DNA of 64,000 nucleotides from Selaginella moellendorffii (Eukaryota; Plantae; Lycopodiophyta): NCBI RefSeq assembly GCF_000143415.4, contig NW_003314323.1, positions 934,499 to 998,498 of the forward strand, read 5' to 3'. Shown piece by piece: positions 1 to 10,020 of this stretch (position 1 is its first letter; each line of letters starts with the position of its first letter). The notes under the pieces were generated by a model. It saw only the letters and a program-made list of their open reading frames with translations, ran no database searches and was not told where the DNA came from. The position numbers and the translations under genes were made by a program.

Positions 1-2
1 AG

Positions 3-1631
3 AGGCAGGCTGCTAGTGAGTCACGGAGGTTGTCGAGGAGATCCATCTATAGAGATCAAGACGGTCCCAGGAGCAGCGGCACCAGTGTGGAAGTGAATCA
101 AGAGCTCAAGAAAGAGCTGGATCGTCTGGAAGAACTGCAGCAGCAACAACGATTAGGAAGGACTGAGAGAGATGAGATCAAAACTTACGAAACGCTTCTT
201 CGGCAGTGTACAGCAACCAAAGCACTCGAAGGAGGCAAACGCTTGCACCACCTTCTGCTGGAAACCAGGCTGATTGAGAGCGTATTCCTCGCCAATCTTC
301 TCATCCAAATGTATGGAACCTGCGGCCAGCACCAGGAAGCTTTGGCAGTCTTCCAGGGCCTCAAATCGCCCAACGTCTTTTCTTGGAACATCATCATCTC
401 GGCATACACCCAGAACGGGCACCTGCAGGAAGCCAGGGAACTTTTCAGCCGCATGCCAAAGAAAAACGTCGTTACCTGGAACACCATGATCGCAGCGTTT
501 GTTCACAGCGGCCAAAGCCAGGAAGCACTGGACCTGTTTGATGAAATGGGCGAGGAGCTGAACAAGATCACTTTGATCCACGCTCTCCAAGCCTGTGAGA
601 GCCTCGGAGCTCTAGAAAAAGCCCAAGAGATCCACTCCAGAATCATCAAGCTGGGATGGGAGTCGCACACCATCCTGTCCACTGCTCTCTTCAACGTCTT
701 CGCCAAGCACGGCAGCATGCTTCAAGCTCGAGCCATCTTCGAGAAAATGCCACACCGCGACGTTGTCTGCTGGAACTCGATGGTCGCTGGCTATGCCCGA
801 CGAGGACATATCGAAGAAGCCATGAAGCTCTTCCTCTCCATGACCGTCCGGAACGCCTCGTCTTGGAACTCCATCATCACGGCCTACGTCCAGTCGGGCC
901 ACAGCAAGGAAGCCTTCGGTCTCTTCAAAGCGATGGACCTGGAGGGCGTTGAGGCCACGAAGATCACCTTCCTAGCGGTTCTCGGCGCTTGCACTGGCAC
1001 GAACTCTCTGGCACACGGAAAACTCGTCCACACTTTGATGGTGGACGCCGGCTTCGCGGTCGACATCACTGCCGCCACTGCTCTGATCACCATGTACGCA
1101 AACTGTGGAGCTCCAGAGGCCTCCAAGGCTGTCTTCCTCCAAATCTCTCATCACAACTGCATCACCTGGGCTTCCCTGGTTGCTGCTTACGCTCACAACG
1201 GCCGTGGAAAGGCCGCTGTGGATTTCTTCCGTCTGATGTGCCTGGAAGCTTTCAAGCCAAACCAGATTGCGTTCGTCAACGTCCTTCACGCTTGTAGCCA
1301 TGGCGGGCTGCTCGAATGCGGGACGAGCTTCTTCCAGTCCATGGTTAGTGACTACGGCCTGGAGCCGATCTTCGAGCACTACGTCTGCATGGTTGATGTT
1401 TTAGGCCGAAGTGGTAGAACAGACATCGCAGAGAACCTGATACTGGAAATGCCGTTTGAGCCTGACGGACTGCCGTGGACGGTGCTGCTGGCAGCTTGCA
1501 AAATCCATCACGACGTGAAACGGGGAGCGAGAGCTGCCGAGAAGATTGTGGAGCTGGATCCAAAGCGATGCGTTGCGTACACGTTGCTCGCAAACGCGTA
1601 CTCGGGATCTGGAAACAAGTTGTTAAAGTAG
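3..1631 (+). CDS. PLS-class pentatricopeptide repeat protein with truncated E domain (5' end lies outside the window)
   Basis: Frame is open from base 3, with an R/S-rich N-terminus. Tandem P/L/S motifs (NVFSWNIIISAYTQNG, NVVTWNTMIAAF, DVVCWNSMVAGY). PLS C-terminal signature LHACSHGG...HYVCMVDVLGRSG...MPFEPD..WTVLLAACKIH. Stops after AYTLLANAYS; no DYW domain. Confidence 0.93.
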   Translation, partial: RQAASESRRLSRRSIYRDQDGPRSSGTSVEVNQELKKELDRLEELQQQQRLGRTERDEIKTYETLLRQCTATKALEGGKRLHHLLLETRLIESVFLANLLIQMYGTCGQHQEALAVFQGLKSPNVFSWNIIISAYTQNGHLQEARELFSRMPKKNVVTWNTMIAAFVHSGQSQEALDLFDEMGEELNKITLIHALQACESLGALEKAQEIHSRIIKLGWESHTILSTALFNVFAKHGSMLQARAIFEKMPHRDVVCWNSMVAGYARRGHIEEAMKLFLSMTVRNASSWNSIITAYVQSGHSKEAFGLFKAMDLEGVEATKITFLAVLGACTGTNSLAHGKLVHTLMVDAGFAVDITAATALITMYANCGAPEASKAVFLQISHHNCITWASLVAAYAHNGRGKAAVDFFRLMCLEAFKPNQIAFVNVLHACSHGGLLECGTSFFQSMVSDYGLEPIFEHYVCMVDVLGRSGRTDIAENLILEMPFEPDGLPWTVLLAACKIHHDVKRGARAAEKIVELDPKRCVAYTLLANAYSGSGNKLLK

Positions 1632-1900
1632 ACAAAATCGAAAAGAGCGTCATTGCATACCTGTATCGAACAAGCTCCGCACGAGAGACAAACTATAAAG
1701 AAACAAAACCAGAGCCGGAGAATCCAGAACAAAAAGCTTAACTTTTCTTATTCTGAAAAATCTGTCAGACAAGGATATTGATTTCTTCTAAGCTTCGCTA
1801 GACCTGCACAACCCGCTTCAGTCCCACATAGAATGAAACTCGAACTGTTACCACTTTACTTCCTTTGCTTCTTCTCTCCTCCCCGAAATGGATCGGTCTC

Positions 1901-2710
1901 TCACTCCGGCATCAACTGTGAGATTTTCCCTTCCTCCGCTGCAAGCCTTTGCTCGGACAGCCGCAGCCATATGCACACAGCCGTGAAGCTCACTATCAAG
2001 CTCAGCATCCCACTCCCCAGACCAATTCCCACGATCCCAAGGATGGAGAGGTTCCTCGGCTTGGGCTCGGGCAAAGGATACCCGTAGAGGTGTTTGTTCC
2101 CAGCGAAAGCTGAAGCATTGAAACGTATCCCAGCCGAGGTGTTGGCGAGCGCGTAAGGAATGGGACCTGATAGATCGTTGTATGAAACGTCGAAGCTGTT
2201 GAGCCGCTGGAGGCTCCCCAGACTTACAGGGATCTGTCCGGTGAGAGCGTTTTTGTGAAGATCCAAAACGCTCAGGTACGTGCAGTTTGCCAAGCTCTCC
2301 GGGATGGCACCACCCAGCCTGTTGTTGGCCAAGTTCAGCTTCGCGAGGATGTTAAGCTGGCCGATCTGCGATGGAATGACCCCTGTGAGCTGGTTGTCCG
2401 AGAGATCCAGCGTGTTCAAGTTGGAGCAATTGGTGATCGCTGGAGAGATCGTCCCGCCAAGCATTCTTCCCCCCAGGAAAATGGAGACCACCTTGTTGTC
2501 GTTGCAATTGACCCCCGTGAGCGAAGTGAAGGATTGCTTGAAGCATGGATTCTGGAGAGTCGAGTCGTTCCACGTCGAGAAGAGAGAGCGCTGGACGTCC
2601 TGGAATCCCATCTTGAGGCCGCGGAGGCATTGCGCATCGTCTCCTCCCGCTGGCTGCCCCAGCGCAAATCTCCACACCGTGAGCAAGACTAGAATGCTCC
2701 CCAACCGCAT
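1901..2710 (-). CDS. RLP44: LRR receptor-like protein, RLP44/RLP57-like
   Basis: Intronless 269 aa: signal peptide, LRR N-cap with Cys pair, four LRRs (LxxLDLSxNxLxGxIP), TM helix GIGLGSGMLSLIVSFTAVCIWL, short tail RLSEQRLAAEEGKISQLMPE resembling the Arabidopsis RLP44 tail as recalled. Confidence 0.88.
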   Translation of the reverse strand: MRLGSILVLLTVWRFALGQPAGGDDAQCLRGLKMGFQDVQRSLFSTWNDSTLQNPCFKQSFTSLTGVNCNDNKVVSIFLGGRMLGGTISPAITNCSNLNTLDLSDNQLTGVIPSQIGQLNILAKLNLANNRLGGAIPESLANCTYLSVLDLHKNALTGQIPVSLGSLQRLNSFDVSYNDLSGPIPYALANTSAGIRFNASAFAGNKHLYGYPLPEPKPRNLSILGIVGIGLGSGMLSLIVSFTAVCIWLRLSEQRLAAEEGKISQLMPE

Positions 2711-3149
2711 TCTTTCCTTCTCGCCGCTGAGAGATCTCTCCAGAATCTATGCCGCGCAGCAGAATTTCACGCTCCCCAGCTTCAATCGCTGCGTTCTGGA
2801 GGCGCTGCTAGCTTCCGGATTGGCGCTCTCGAGATCTAGAGCCAGCATTGCGAAGAAATCCCTGGATCTTTGCCGATTTCGCGAGATCCAGGAGACAAAT
2901 CTGCTGAGCAATCACTCACCACAGGCGGCCCGGAGCTCCGCGGGATTGTCGCCGGAGAAGACGCTGCTGTCCACTGGAGCTAAAAACCCTAGGCGCACTA
3001 CTGGAAGGAAGTTCAAATGGAATGAATCCAGGCCGTTGATGTAAGAAACGCCACGGATTCCGTTCCATAATTCATCAGTAAACTCCCGCCTAGGGCTTAA
3101 GCGTTCTAGGGTTCTTGGCGAGAGCAGGAATGGCGCGCCGGAACAGGTA
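2711..3149. promoter_or_regulatory. Short shared (bidirectional) upstream region with telo-box
   Basis: About 440 bp between divergent start codons at 2710 (-) and 3150 (+). AAACCCTA at 2984-2991; CTAGGG(C/T)T at about 3090 and 3106. Confidence 0.4.
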
Positions 3150-5033
3150 ATGCAGGGCCAGGTTCCACAGGGGATGGAATTCTCGATTCCAGCTCCACCG
3201 CTTCACATGCCTGAAGATCATGACAAGGAATCGATTAGCGGATTTTGCTCCCGGGCGGAAGCTATCCTGAAAGACATCCAAGGCGCTGTCGATCTGCCCG
3301 GTTCCAGATCGTCCAGTCCGGGCTCGGTGCTTCTTCAGTGTCCTTTCGATTACCGCCACACCATGCCCGCCAGGGCGCTTCTCCAGCACTCGCTCCGGTG
3401 TCCTGCTTCGCCGCTTGGATTGGACGACGAGGCTGCTAGTCTCGTCGCGTCTCTCAGGTACTTACGCAAGGAAGTGCCGTTGGAACAGCAGCCAGAGCCA
3501 CCGGGAGTAACGCAGGAAGAGACCAAAGAGAAGATTTTCTTTGATCCTTCTGGGACAAAGTTTTGGTACAGGGATGCTCCCGGTCCCGTCTCGGCCGATC
3601 AACCTCTCTCCCATCAACAGCAGGCTGGTTTTCCAGATTTGCCCGACTGTATCAAGCTAGAGCTTGAGGATGATCGACAGAAGCTACCGACGCTAGAACA
3701 GTTGGATACTCTTTTGCCTTCTCAGTGCTGGCTTTTGCAAGAGGAGGTGAAGAGCTGGACATCTCTCCCTCGGAGTTACTCGTGGAACGTTTTGATATCG
3801 ATCTTAGGAATGAAGATTGACAAGGAGAGGATCGCAGGCTGGCTACTTCTAAACTCCGTTCGGCATGGAGTAGTGTTGGATCCCGTCCTGGCTCATCATC
3901 TTTCCGGACTGGTGACGCTGTTCTTGGCGTCCATCAAAAGAGAAGCGCTTGGTACGTGGAATGGTGACCGGATCTCGAGACACAAAGTGAGTCAACTCAA
4001 CTGTCCTGTGCTGCTTGAGTCTGGGAATTGGCTGATATCTCAACTGTTTTGTTTGTATCAACGACCAGCTGCTGGGGCCTTTATCCTGGGACTGCTACAG
4101 AATCTCTTAATATTGTCTGCTCGGCACTCGGCTCTTGACAAGCTTTCTAGTTCCGAACAGCAGCATAACGATGAGGATGGTAGACAGCTAGCACGCTGTG
4201 ACGTCGAACCCGTCGTCGAGGCTTTGCAAGAACGGACAGCTCTGGAATGTTATTTGAGAGCTCGGGTGTATATGAGCACCTTGACGAATGCGAGATGGTG
4301 AGTAGCTGATATACTTATACTTGGTAATCGTAATGAGCTACTTCGTCTTTGCAGCTTAGATGACTACGACGTTCTGGTGAGCAAGGCTGCTGAAGAGCGT
4401 CCACAGCGATCAGAATATAGACCACTTTTGGAGCACGATGGTCTCGGTTGGCAGCGTTCACAGGCCGAGGTATATCATTGTTTGCTGAGTCTTTTTTTTT
4501 TTTTCTTGTATAACTTTTTGAGATCCTCCAGGATTCCTCAAAGTCAAAGACGAAGGAGGAGCTTCTAGCGGACGAGAGAGATTATAAGCGAAGGCGTATG
4601 TCCTATAAAGGCAAGAAAGTGCGAAGATCAGCATCTCAGGTGCGTATCCGACACTTTAATTTCGCCTTCAGTTTTTTCTCTCATGATCTCGAACGTGAAG
4701 GTCTTGCGGGATATCATTGAAAGCCACATGGAGCAAATCGTTGTAGCCGGGGGAATTGGCTCTTTCAAAGGCCAATCCTCTCGCAAGCCAGAGTCAACCA
4801 GAGATGGTGGGGCAGACCACGCACAGACGCACGAGAAGAACAGGAGCAAATATGATTACAGGGATAAGAAAAACTACTCGAGGGATACGGGGAAACATTC
4901 CAGGGATCGCGCGAGATCAAGTGAGAGGTATACGAGCAAAGACCGAAGTAACAAGTGGGAAAGTGACGCTGACCGGAGTGATTCCCATTCTAGCAGGGAC
5001 AGAAGGGAGTCGTCAAAGCACCGAAGAAGATGA
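3150..5033 (+). CDS. SNRNP48: U11/U12 small nuclear ribonucleoprotein 48 kDa protein (minor spliceosome); exons 3150-4297, 4355-4469, 4532-4639, 4701-5033
   Basis: CHHC zinc finger CPFDYRHTMPARALLQHSLRCP. Splicing three GT-AG introns (57-62 nt) gives an in-frame join through LADERDYKRRRMSYKGKK and QVLRDIIE, followed by an RS/RD-rich tail. Confidence 0.88.
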
Positions 5034-5379
5034 GCTGCCGAGTATCCTATCAGTATCCTATACTGGTTTTTAGTTACTTTTATACTCAAACCCAAAGTTT
5101 TCCTCTTATGTTCTCTAGAGTCCTCGCAGTATTGACCAATTGGCTTGGTGAAAACTACCACGATCGAACTGATTGTGGAAGACGTGCTGGTGCCGTTCTA
5201 TATCCCTGAAAACAAGTTAAAGCAACAAAACACATGCGAGAACATGAAGTCGTGCAAGGTGAACATGGAGTCGTGCTAGACGTGCTCCCAGCGCTACAGC
5301 GAGCTTAGATCCCGTTTGTATATAAGCGACTAACAGATATGTGGTTTCAGACGAGCGGGAAACTCAACTGTCATTCGCA

Positions 5380-5558
5380 ATGCCGGGAAGTCTTGGGAGC
5401 TTTCTGGTATGGTGTTTGCTTTTGAGCCTGCGACTTGGCTGGCCCCTTGAAAACGAACCGACAGATGCGCTAGCTACGAGCAGTGAGAAGGAGATTGTGA
5501 TTCCTGTGCCGCTGGATGGCACTGGACGGAAGCTGCTCGCTTCAGAGAAGAAGGAGAA

Positions 5559-5589
<31 letters not shown>

Positions 5590-6911
5590 TGAGTTCCTAG
5601 TAAGCACATATCAATCACTCACGGTTTTTGCTTTCTTTTGCAGGAGTTCTTATAATTATTACAAACCAAAGTACGTCTCGTTTACCTCAAGCTTCACCGG
5701 GAACACGATCGATGACTGCTGGATGGGGGGTGATTGGAGGGGCGATCGTATGCACTTGGCCGACTGTGCTGTGGGATTTGGAGCCGGTGCTGCTGGTGGC
5801 CGGGGTGGTAAAGTCTATCAAGTCACTGATCCTGGTGATGATCCCGTGCAACCTTGGCCTGGTACTCTCAGATACGGAGTGACTCGGTCTGGCCCGCTCT
5901 GGATCACATTCTCGAGAGACATGAACATCAGGCTCAAGGCCGAGCTGCTGATCACCAGCTACAAGACGATCGATGCACGAGGTGCTAACGTGCAAATAGG
6001 ACTAAACGGGCCGTGCCTCACTCTCCAGTACGTCGACCACGTTATCATCCACGGCCTCACCTTGCGCGACTGCAAGCCGAGCTCGTCCGGAAGAGTTATT
6101 TCGTCAGTCGATCACACAGGCTTTCGAGGAGGGTCAGATGGAGATGCCATTGCTATCTTCGGCTCCAGCAACGTTTGGATTGATCACTGCTCGCTATCGA
6201 GGGCGCAGGATGGATTGATCGACGCTATTCACGGATCCACAGCAATCACTATCTCAAACAACTATTTCTCTGACCATGACAAGGTAGTGTTTTTCTTTTC
6301 TTTTCTTTTTTCTTGTTTTTATAATTTTTCCTAGGAGCTGACCGGATCGTATCTTTGCAGGTAATGCTCCTCGGTCACTCCGATAGCTACTCGGCGGACA
6401 GAAACATGAAAATAACCGTTGTTTACAATCACTTCGTGGGATGTGTGCAGCGTATGCCAAGGTTTTGTTGTTTTTACTTCGTTTCTTCCGAAATATTTAA
6501 CAAGAGCTTTGTTTTTTCCAGGGGGCGATTTGGCTACTTCCATGTCGTGAACAACAACTATGAAAACTGGGACATGTACGCAATCGGTGGCAGTGCCAAT
6601 CCAACGTTCTTCAGTGAAGCCAACAGATTCCTTGCTACTGGCGCCAAGCAGGTATTCAAAGTTTCACACAACTCTAAAACGAAGTTCTTACATTTCTCTC
6701 TCTCTCATTCCAGGTGACGAAACGAGAAGCGAAGGGTGGATCAAACTGGCTATGGCAGTCTTCTGGAGACCTGTTTGTAAACGGGGCCTACTTTGTAGAG
6801 TCTGGAGGTGGAGACGCCTCGCCACACTACAGCGGTGGACAATACTTTGCGACGAGATCCGCGTCAATGGTAACTCGGCTTACAGCAAATGCCGGTCCCT
6901 TGGGTTTGTGA
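5380..6911 (+). CDS. Pectate lyase (PL1); exons 5380-5588, 5644-6283, 6361-6461, 6522-6651, 6714-6911
   Basis: Motifs [88 protein letters not shown] introns restore one frame. TATATAA at about 5319. Confidence 0.95.
5547..5589 (+). repeat. (AAG)n microsatellite encoding a poly-Lys tract in pectate lyase exon 1
   Basis: aagaaggagaagaagaagaagaggaagaagaagaagaagaa, which reads [14 protein letters not shown]. Confidence 0.9.
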
Positions 6912-7250
6912 GCTCGCGAAAGGTATTTCATAGCTTTGGAAAACAGATTGTTTACATCGCACAGCCAAGCACTTGTGTAAAAGGTATCGAGCCCGCGAAA
7001 GGCAGCCATCCTTTTTCACAGAAGAAACAGAATTTTCTTGATAGCGAAATCGTTTGGTTTGACAAGCAAAGTTTTCAAGAGTTCTCACTTGTGGAGTTTC
7101 TTGTTGCTTCCAAAATTCCATGCGTGTATGGCACCAAGTCATTCGAAGATCATGAGGTACTTCGTTTCGTGACAAAAGATGTTACTCTTGAATATAAATT
7201 CAAAGCTCCTAGATTGATCATCCATAGTTTGATTATCTAGCTCGCAGAAA

Positions 7251-7904
7251 ATGGCATTGAATGCTTCTCTGCTGCTACTGCTGTTATGTTACGTTCTTGC
7301 GATCGTCAATGCCGCCGATCCGGATCCACTGCAAGACTTTTGCGTTGCCGATCTCTCCAAGGATCTCACCATCAATGGCTTCCCTTGCAAGGACGCCTCG
7401 GCCGCCACCACCGAGGACTTCATCTTTGCCGCGCTGAAAAACCCGGGAAACACGAGCAACCCGTTCGGCGTTGGAGTGGTGCCTGGATCCGTCCGCGAGT
7501 ACCCAGGCCTCAACACGCTCGGCATCTCGATCGCGAGGCTGGATTTCGCGGTTGGCGGCTTGACCACTCCGCACACCCATCCCCGCGCGTCGGAGATCAT
7601 CTACGTTGTCACCGGGAGCTTGTACGCTGGATTTGTGAGCACGGACAACAGGGTCTTCGCTCGAGTGATCACCGAGGGCGAGGTGATGATGTTCCCACGG
7701 GGATTGATCCACTGGCAGCTCAACGTCGGGAAGAGCACCGCGACTGGGATCGTCACGCTCAATTCCCAGTCTCCGGGCTTCCAGTTCGTCGCAAACTCCT
7801 TGTTTGGATCCGGAGATATCTTGGACGAGGTGTTAGTCAAGAGCTTCTTCCTCGACGAGAATACCATGCGTGAGATTAAGTCCATCTTTGCGTCTAGCGG
7901 ATAG
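7251..7904 (+). CDS. Germin-like protein (cupin), copy 1
   Basis: Signal peptide, ADPDPLQDFCVAD, PHTHPRASE, FPRGLIHWQ (H-H-E-H metal ligands). Intronless; TATAAAT at about 7193. Confidence 0.95.
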   Translation: MALNASLLLLLLCYVLAIVNAADPDPLQDFCVADLSKDLTINGFPCKDASAATTEDFIFAALKNPGNTSNPFGVGVVPGSVREYPGLNTLGISIARLDFAVGGLTTPHTHPRASEIIYVVTGSLYAGFVSTDNRVFARVITEGEVMMFPRGLIHWQLNVGKSTATGIVTLNSQSPGFQFVANSLFGSGDILDEVLVKSFFLDENTMREIKSIFASSG

Positions 7905-8237
7905 CCATCTTTCTTCGTAGTAACTTCTAATCGTCCACGATTTGCGCTACTCTTTTCTTTGTTATTTCCATCTCGCTAGCCTTTGCCGGTCCTACCTCTA
8001 AATGACGATCGTTTACTCGGAATTTAAGATCACCTCCGACAAAGTCAATCTAAGCTAAAAAAGTTTCACGATCTTCAAAGAGCTTCGACGAGCGTTCCTG
8101 AAAACAGAGTTAATCTTGCGTATAAATGCAGCTCCAAAATCTTTCCTTCAATCGCAGCACTTTTTTCCATTCGCTAATAGATCTCTTCCAAAAGTTCCAA
8201 GTTCTTAGTACGAAGTTCTTCGTAGTAAGCGAAGATC

Positions 8238-8906
8238 ATGAAGCTGGTGGTCGCAGAATCCATGAATTCGCTGTCACTGCTGCTGCTGGTGATCGTCTCT
8301 CTTTCATTCTCGATCGGTGTCAATGCCGCCGACGCCGATCCACTGCAAGACTTCTGCGTCGCCGACCTCTCCAAGGATCTCTCCATGAATGGCTTCCCTT
8401 GCAAGCGAGCCTCCAACACCACCGTCGAAGATTTCATCTTTAGCGGCCTCAAACAATCAGCCAACACGAGCAATCCAGTCGGCGCTGACGCGGTGTTTGG
8501 ATCCGTCTTCAAGTACCCGGGCCTCAACTCGCTGGGCCTCTCCATCGCAAGGCTCGACTTCGCAAAGGGCGGCTTGATCCCGCCTCACACCCATCCCCGC
8601 GCGTCCGAGATGATCTACGTCGTGGAGGGGAGCATGTACGCCGGGTTTGTCACCACGGACAACAAGCTCTTCGCTCGGGTCATCTCCAAAGGCGACGTGA
8701 TGATCTTCCCCCGGGGTTTGATCCACTGGCAGCTCAACGTTGGGAACACCACCGCAATGGGGATCGTCACGCTCAACTCGCAGTTCCCTGGCTTCCAGCT
8801 CATCGCCGACTCCATGTTTGGATCGAATATCCTGGATGAGGTGCTGGTCAAGACCTTCTTCATCGACGAGAAGGCCGTGCAACAGCTTAAGTCAATCTTC
8901 GGCTAG
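8238..8906 (+). CDS. Germin-like protein, copy 2
   Basis: QDFCVAD, PPHTHPRASE, KGDVMIFPRGLIHWQ. TATAAAT at about 8121; alternative start at 8262. Confidence 0.95.
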   Translation: MKLVVAESMNSLSLLLLVIVSLSFSIGVNAADADPLQDFCVADLSKDLSMNGFPCKRASNTTVEDFIFSGLKQSANTSNPVGADAVFGSVFKYPGLNSLGLSIARLDFAKGGLIPPHTHPRASEMIYVVEGSMYAGFVTTDNKLFARVISKGDVMIFPRGLIHWQLNVGNTTAMGIVTLNSQFPGFQLIADSMFGSNILDEVLVKTFFIDEKAVQQLKSIFG

Positions 8907-8964
8907 GAAAAAGAAACCAAAAAACATAAAAGAAATTAGTGTTCGTCTTCGAATAAATACTTAT

Positions 8965-9225
8965 TGCCGCGAGTGTTCTGTGCTTGAGAGGTCTTGGAAT
9001 CTCTCGTTGCCACGCTTCGTCCTCGAGCTGCCAGCCTCCAAAGCCATGACGTACTCTGCCTCCGATTTTCATTTAGAAGATCCAATGCACAGACCTCTTC
9101 GTCTCCACACGTAGTAGAAGATGAAACCATTGGCCTTGGACCAGACATTGCAAGTGAATCCTCACGCCAATACTAGGTAGGTGGAATTGCTCAAATCCCC
9201 ACTGGGACATTGCCGCTGGAATAAC
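8965..9225 (-). pseudogene. Deleted relic of the At4g14100-like gene (cassette copy A)
   Basis: Nucleotide match to 35050-35450 (e.g. gtagtagaagatgaaa..ggccttggaccagacattgcaagtgaatcctc) with multiple deletions. Confidence 0.85.
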
Positions 9226-9707
9226 CAGCATTGCATAGATCATCTCGAAAATCTCCCAGAGTCTTTGCCTCCCAATGTACTCTTCTTTCCCAAGGGCGGC
9301 ATCTCAGTTTCTCGCACATGCTAATGCATCATTGACGATGCGTGCATTGTATTTTGTCTGATGCGATCGCGCAGAAACGTTTTCTCGTGGCACATCCGCA
9401 ACTGCCTTAATTGGGCATTTGGAAGATAAAATTAGTGTGTACAAGCCGGATGTAAGGCGACGATCGCAGTGTATGCCGAAACGGGGCACAAAGGCTCTTT
9501 CGGATCTGGAATCGGACAGCATCACTCTCATCTCGCGTTCCTGCGACGATCGACGATGCTTCCATGCGATATTCGATTGCAAGTGTGAGCGTGTGGCGTG
9601 ACTGCATGGAACACGTATCAGGGACTTCCTGGTCCATCTCTTCAAGCGTGGATCTCGAGGACGAACCTGTCATTTTCATGGTGACGATGCTCAAACTTGG
9701 GAACTAG

Positions 9708-10020
9708 ATGATGGCACTCAAGAGCAAATTCAATGGAAAGTTCTGCAAGAGGCTGACTAACTACTGGCAGAGCTCTTTCAATGCTGGGACCCAATCACAC
9801 ACAATAGACATTTTCAATGTCAAGTACCTCATCACCAGAAACTCTAGGTTGTTGGTCACGGCTCTGGACAAACCACTCAGGTAACAAGGTAGACATGAAG
9901 GTAGTTGTCACCATTCAAAATAAGGTTGGCAAGAGTCCCACGTTCTTCAACTCTTTAAGCTAATAATGACTTGAAGGTTAGTGTTGATGGTCAGATTTGA
10001 GTGGAGATTGATGCTTTAGA
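9708..10020 (+). pseudogene. Fragment resembling an amaranthin/aerolysin-type (HFR-2/natterin-like) pore-forming lectin
   Basis: Reads MALKSKFNGKFCKRLTNYWQSSFNA..IDIFNVKYL, then after a frameshift NHSGNKVDMKVVVTIQNKVGKSPTFFNSLS*. Similar to the FCKRLT...LNA and IYNVxY segments of that family as recalled. Confidence 0.45.

Noticed and set aside
153-3044. Numerous overlapping or antisense ORFs, including 2280-3044 (+, 254 aa)
   Set aside because: Shadow frames of the PPR and RLP44-like genes; no motifs, mostly non-ATG starts.
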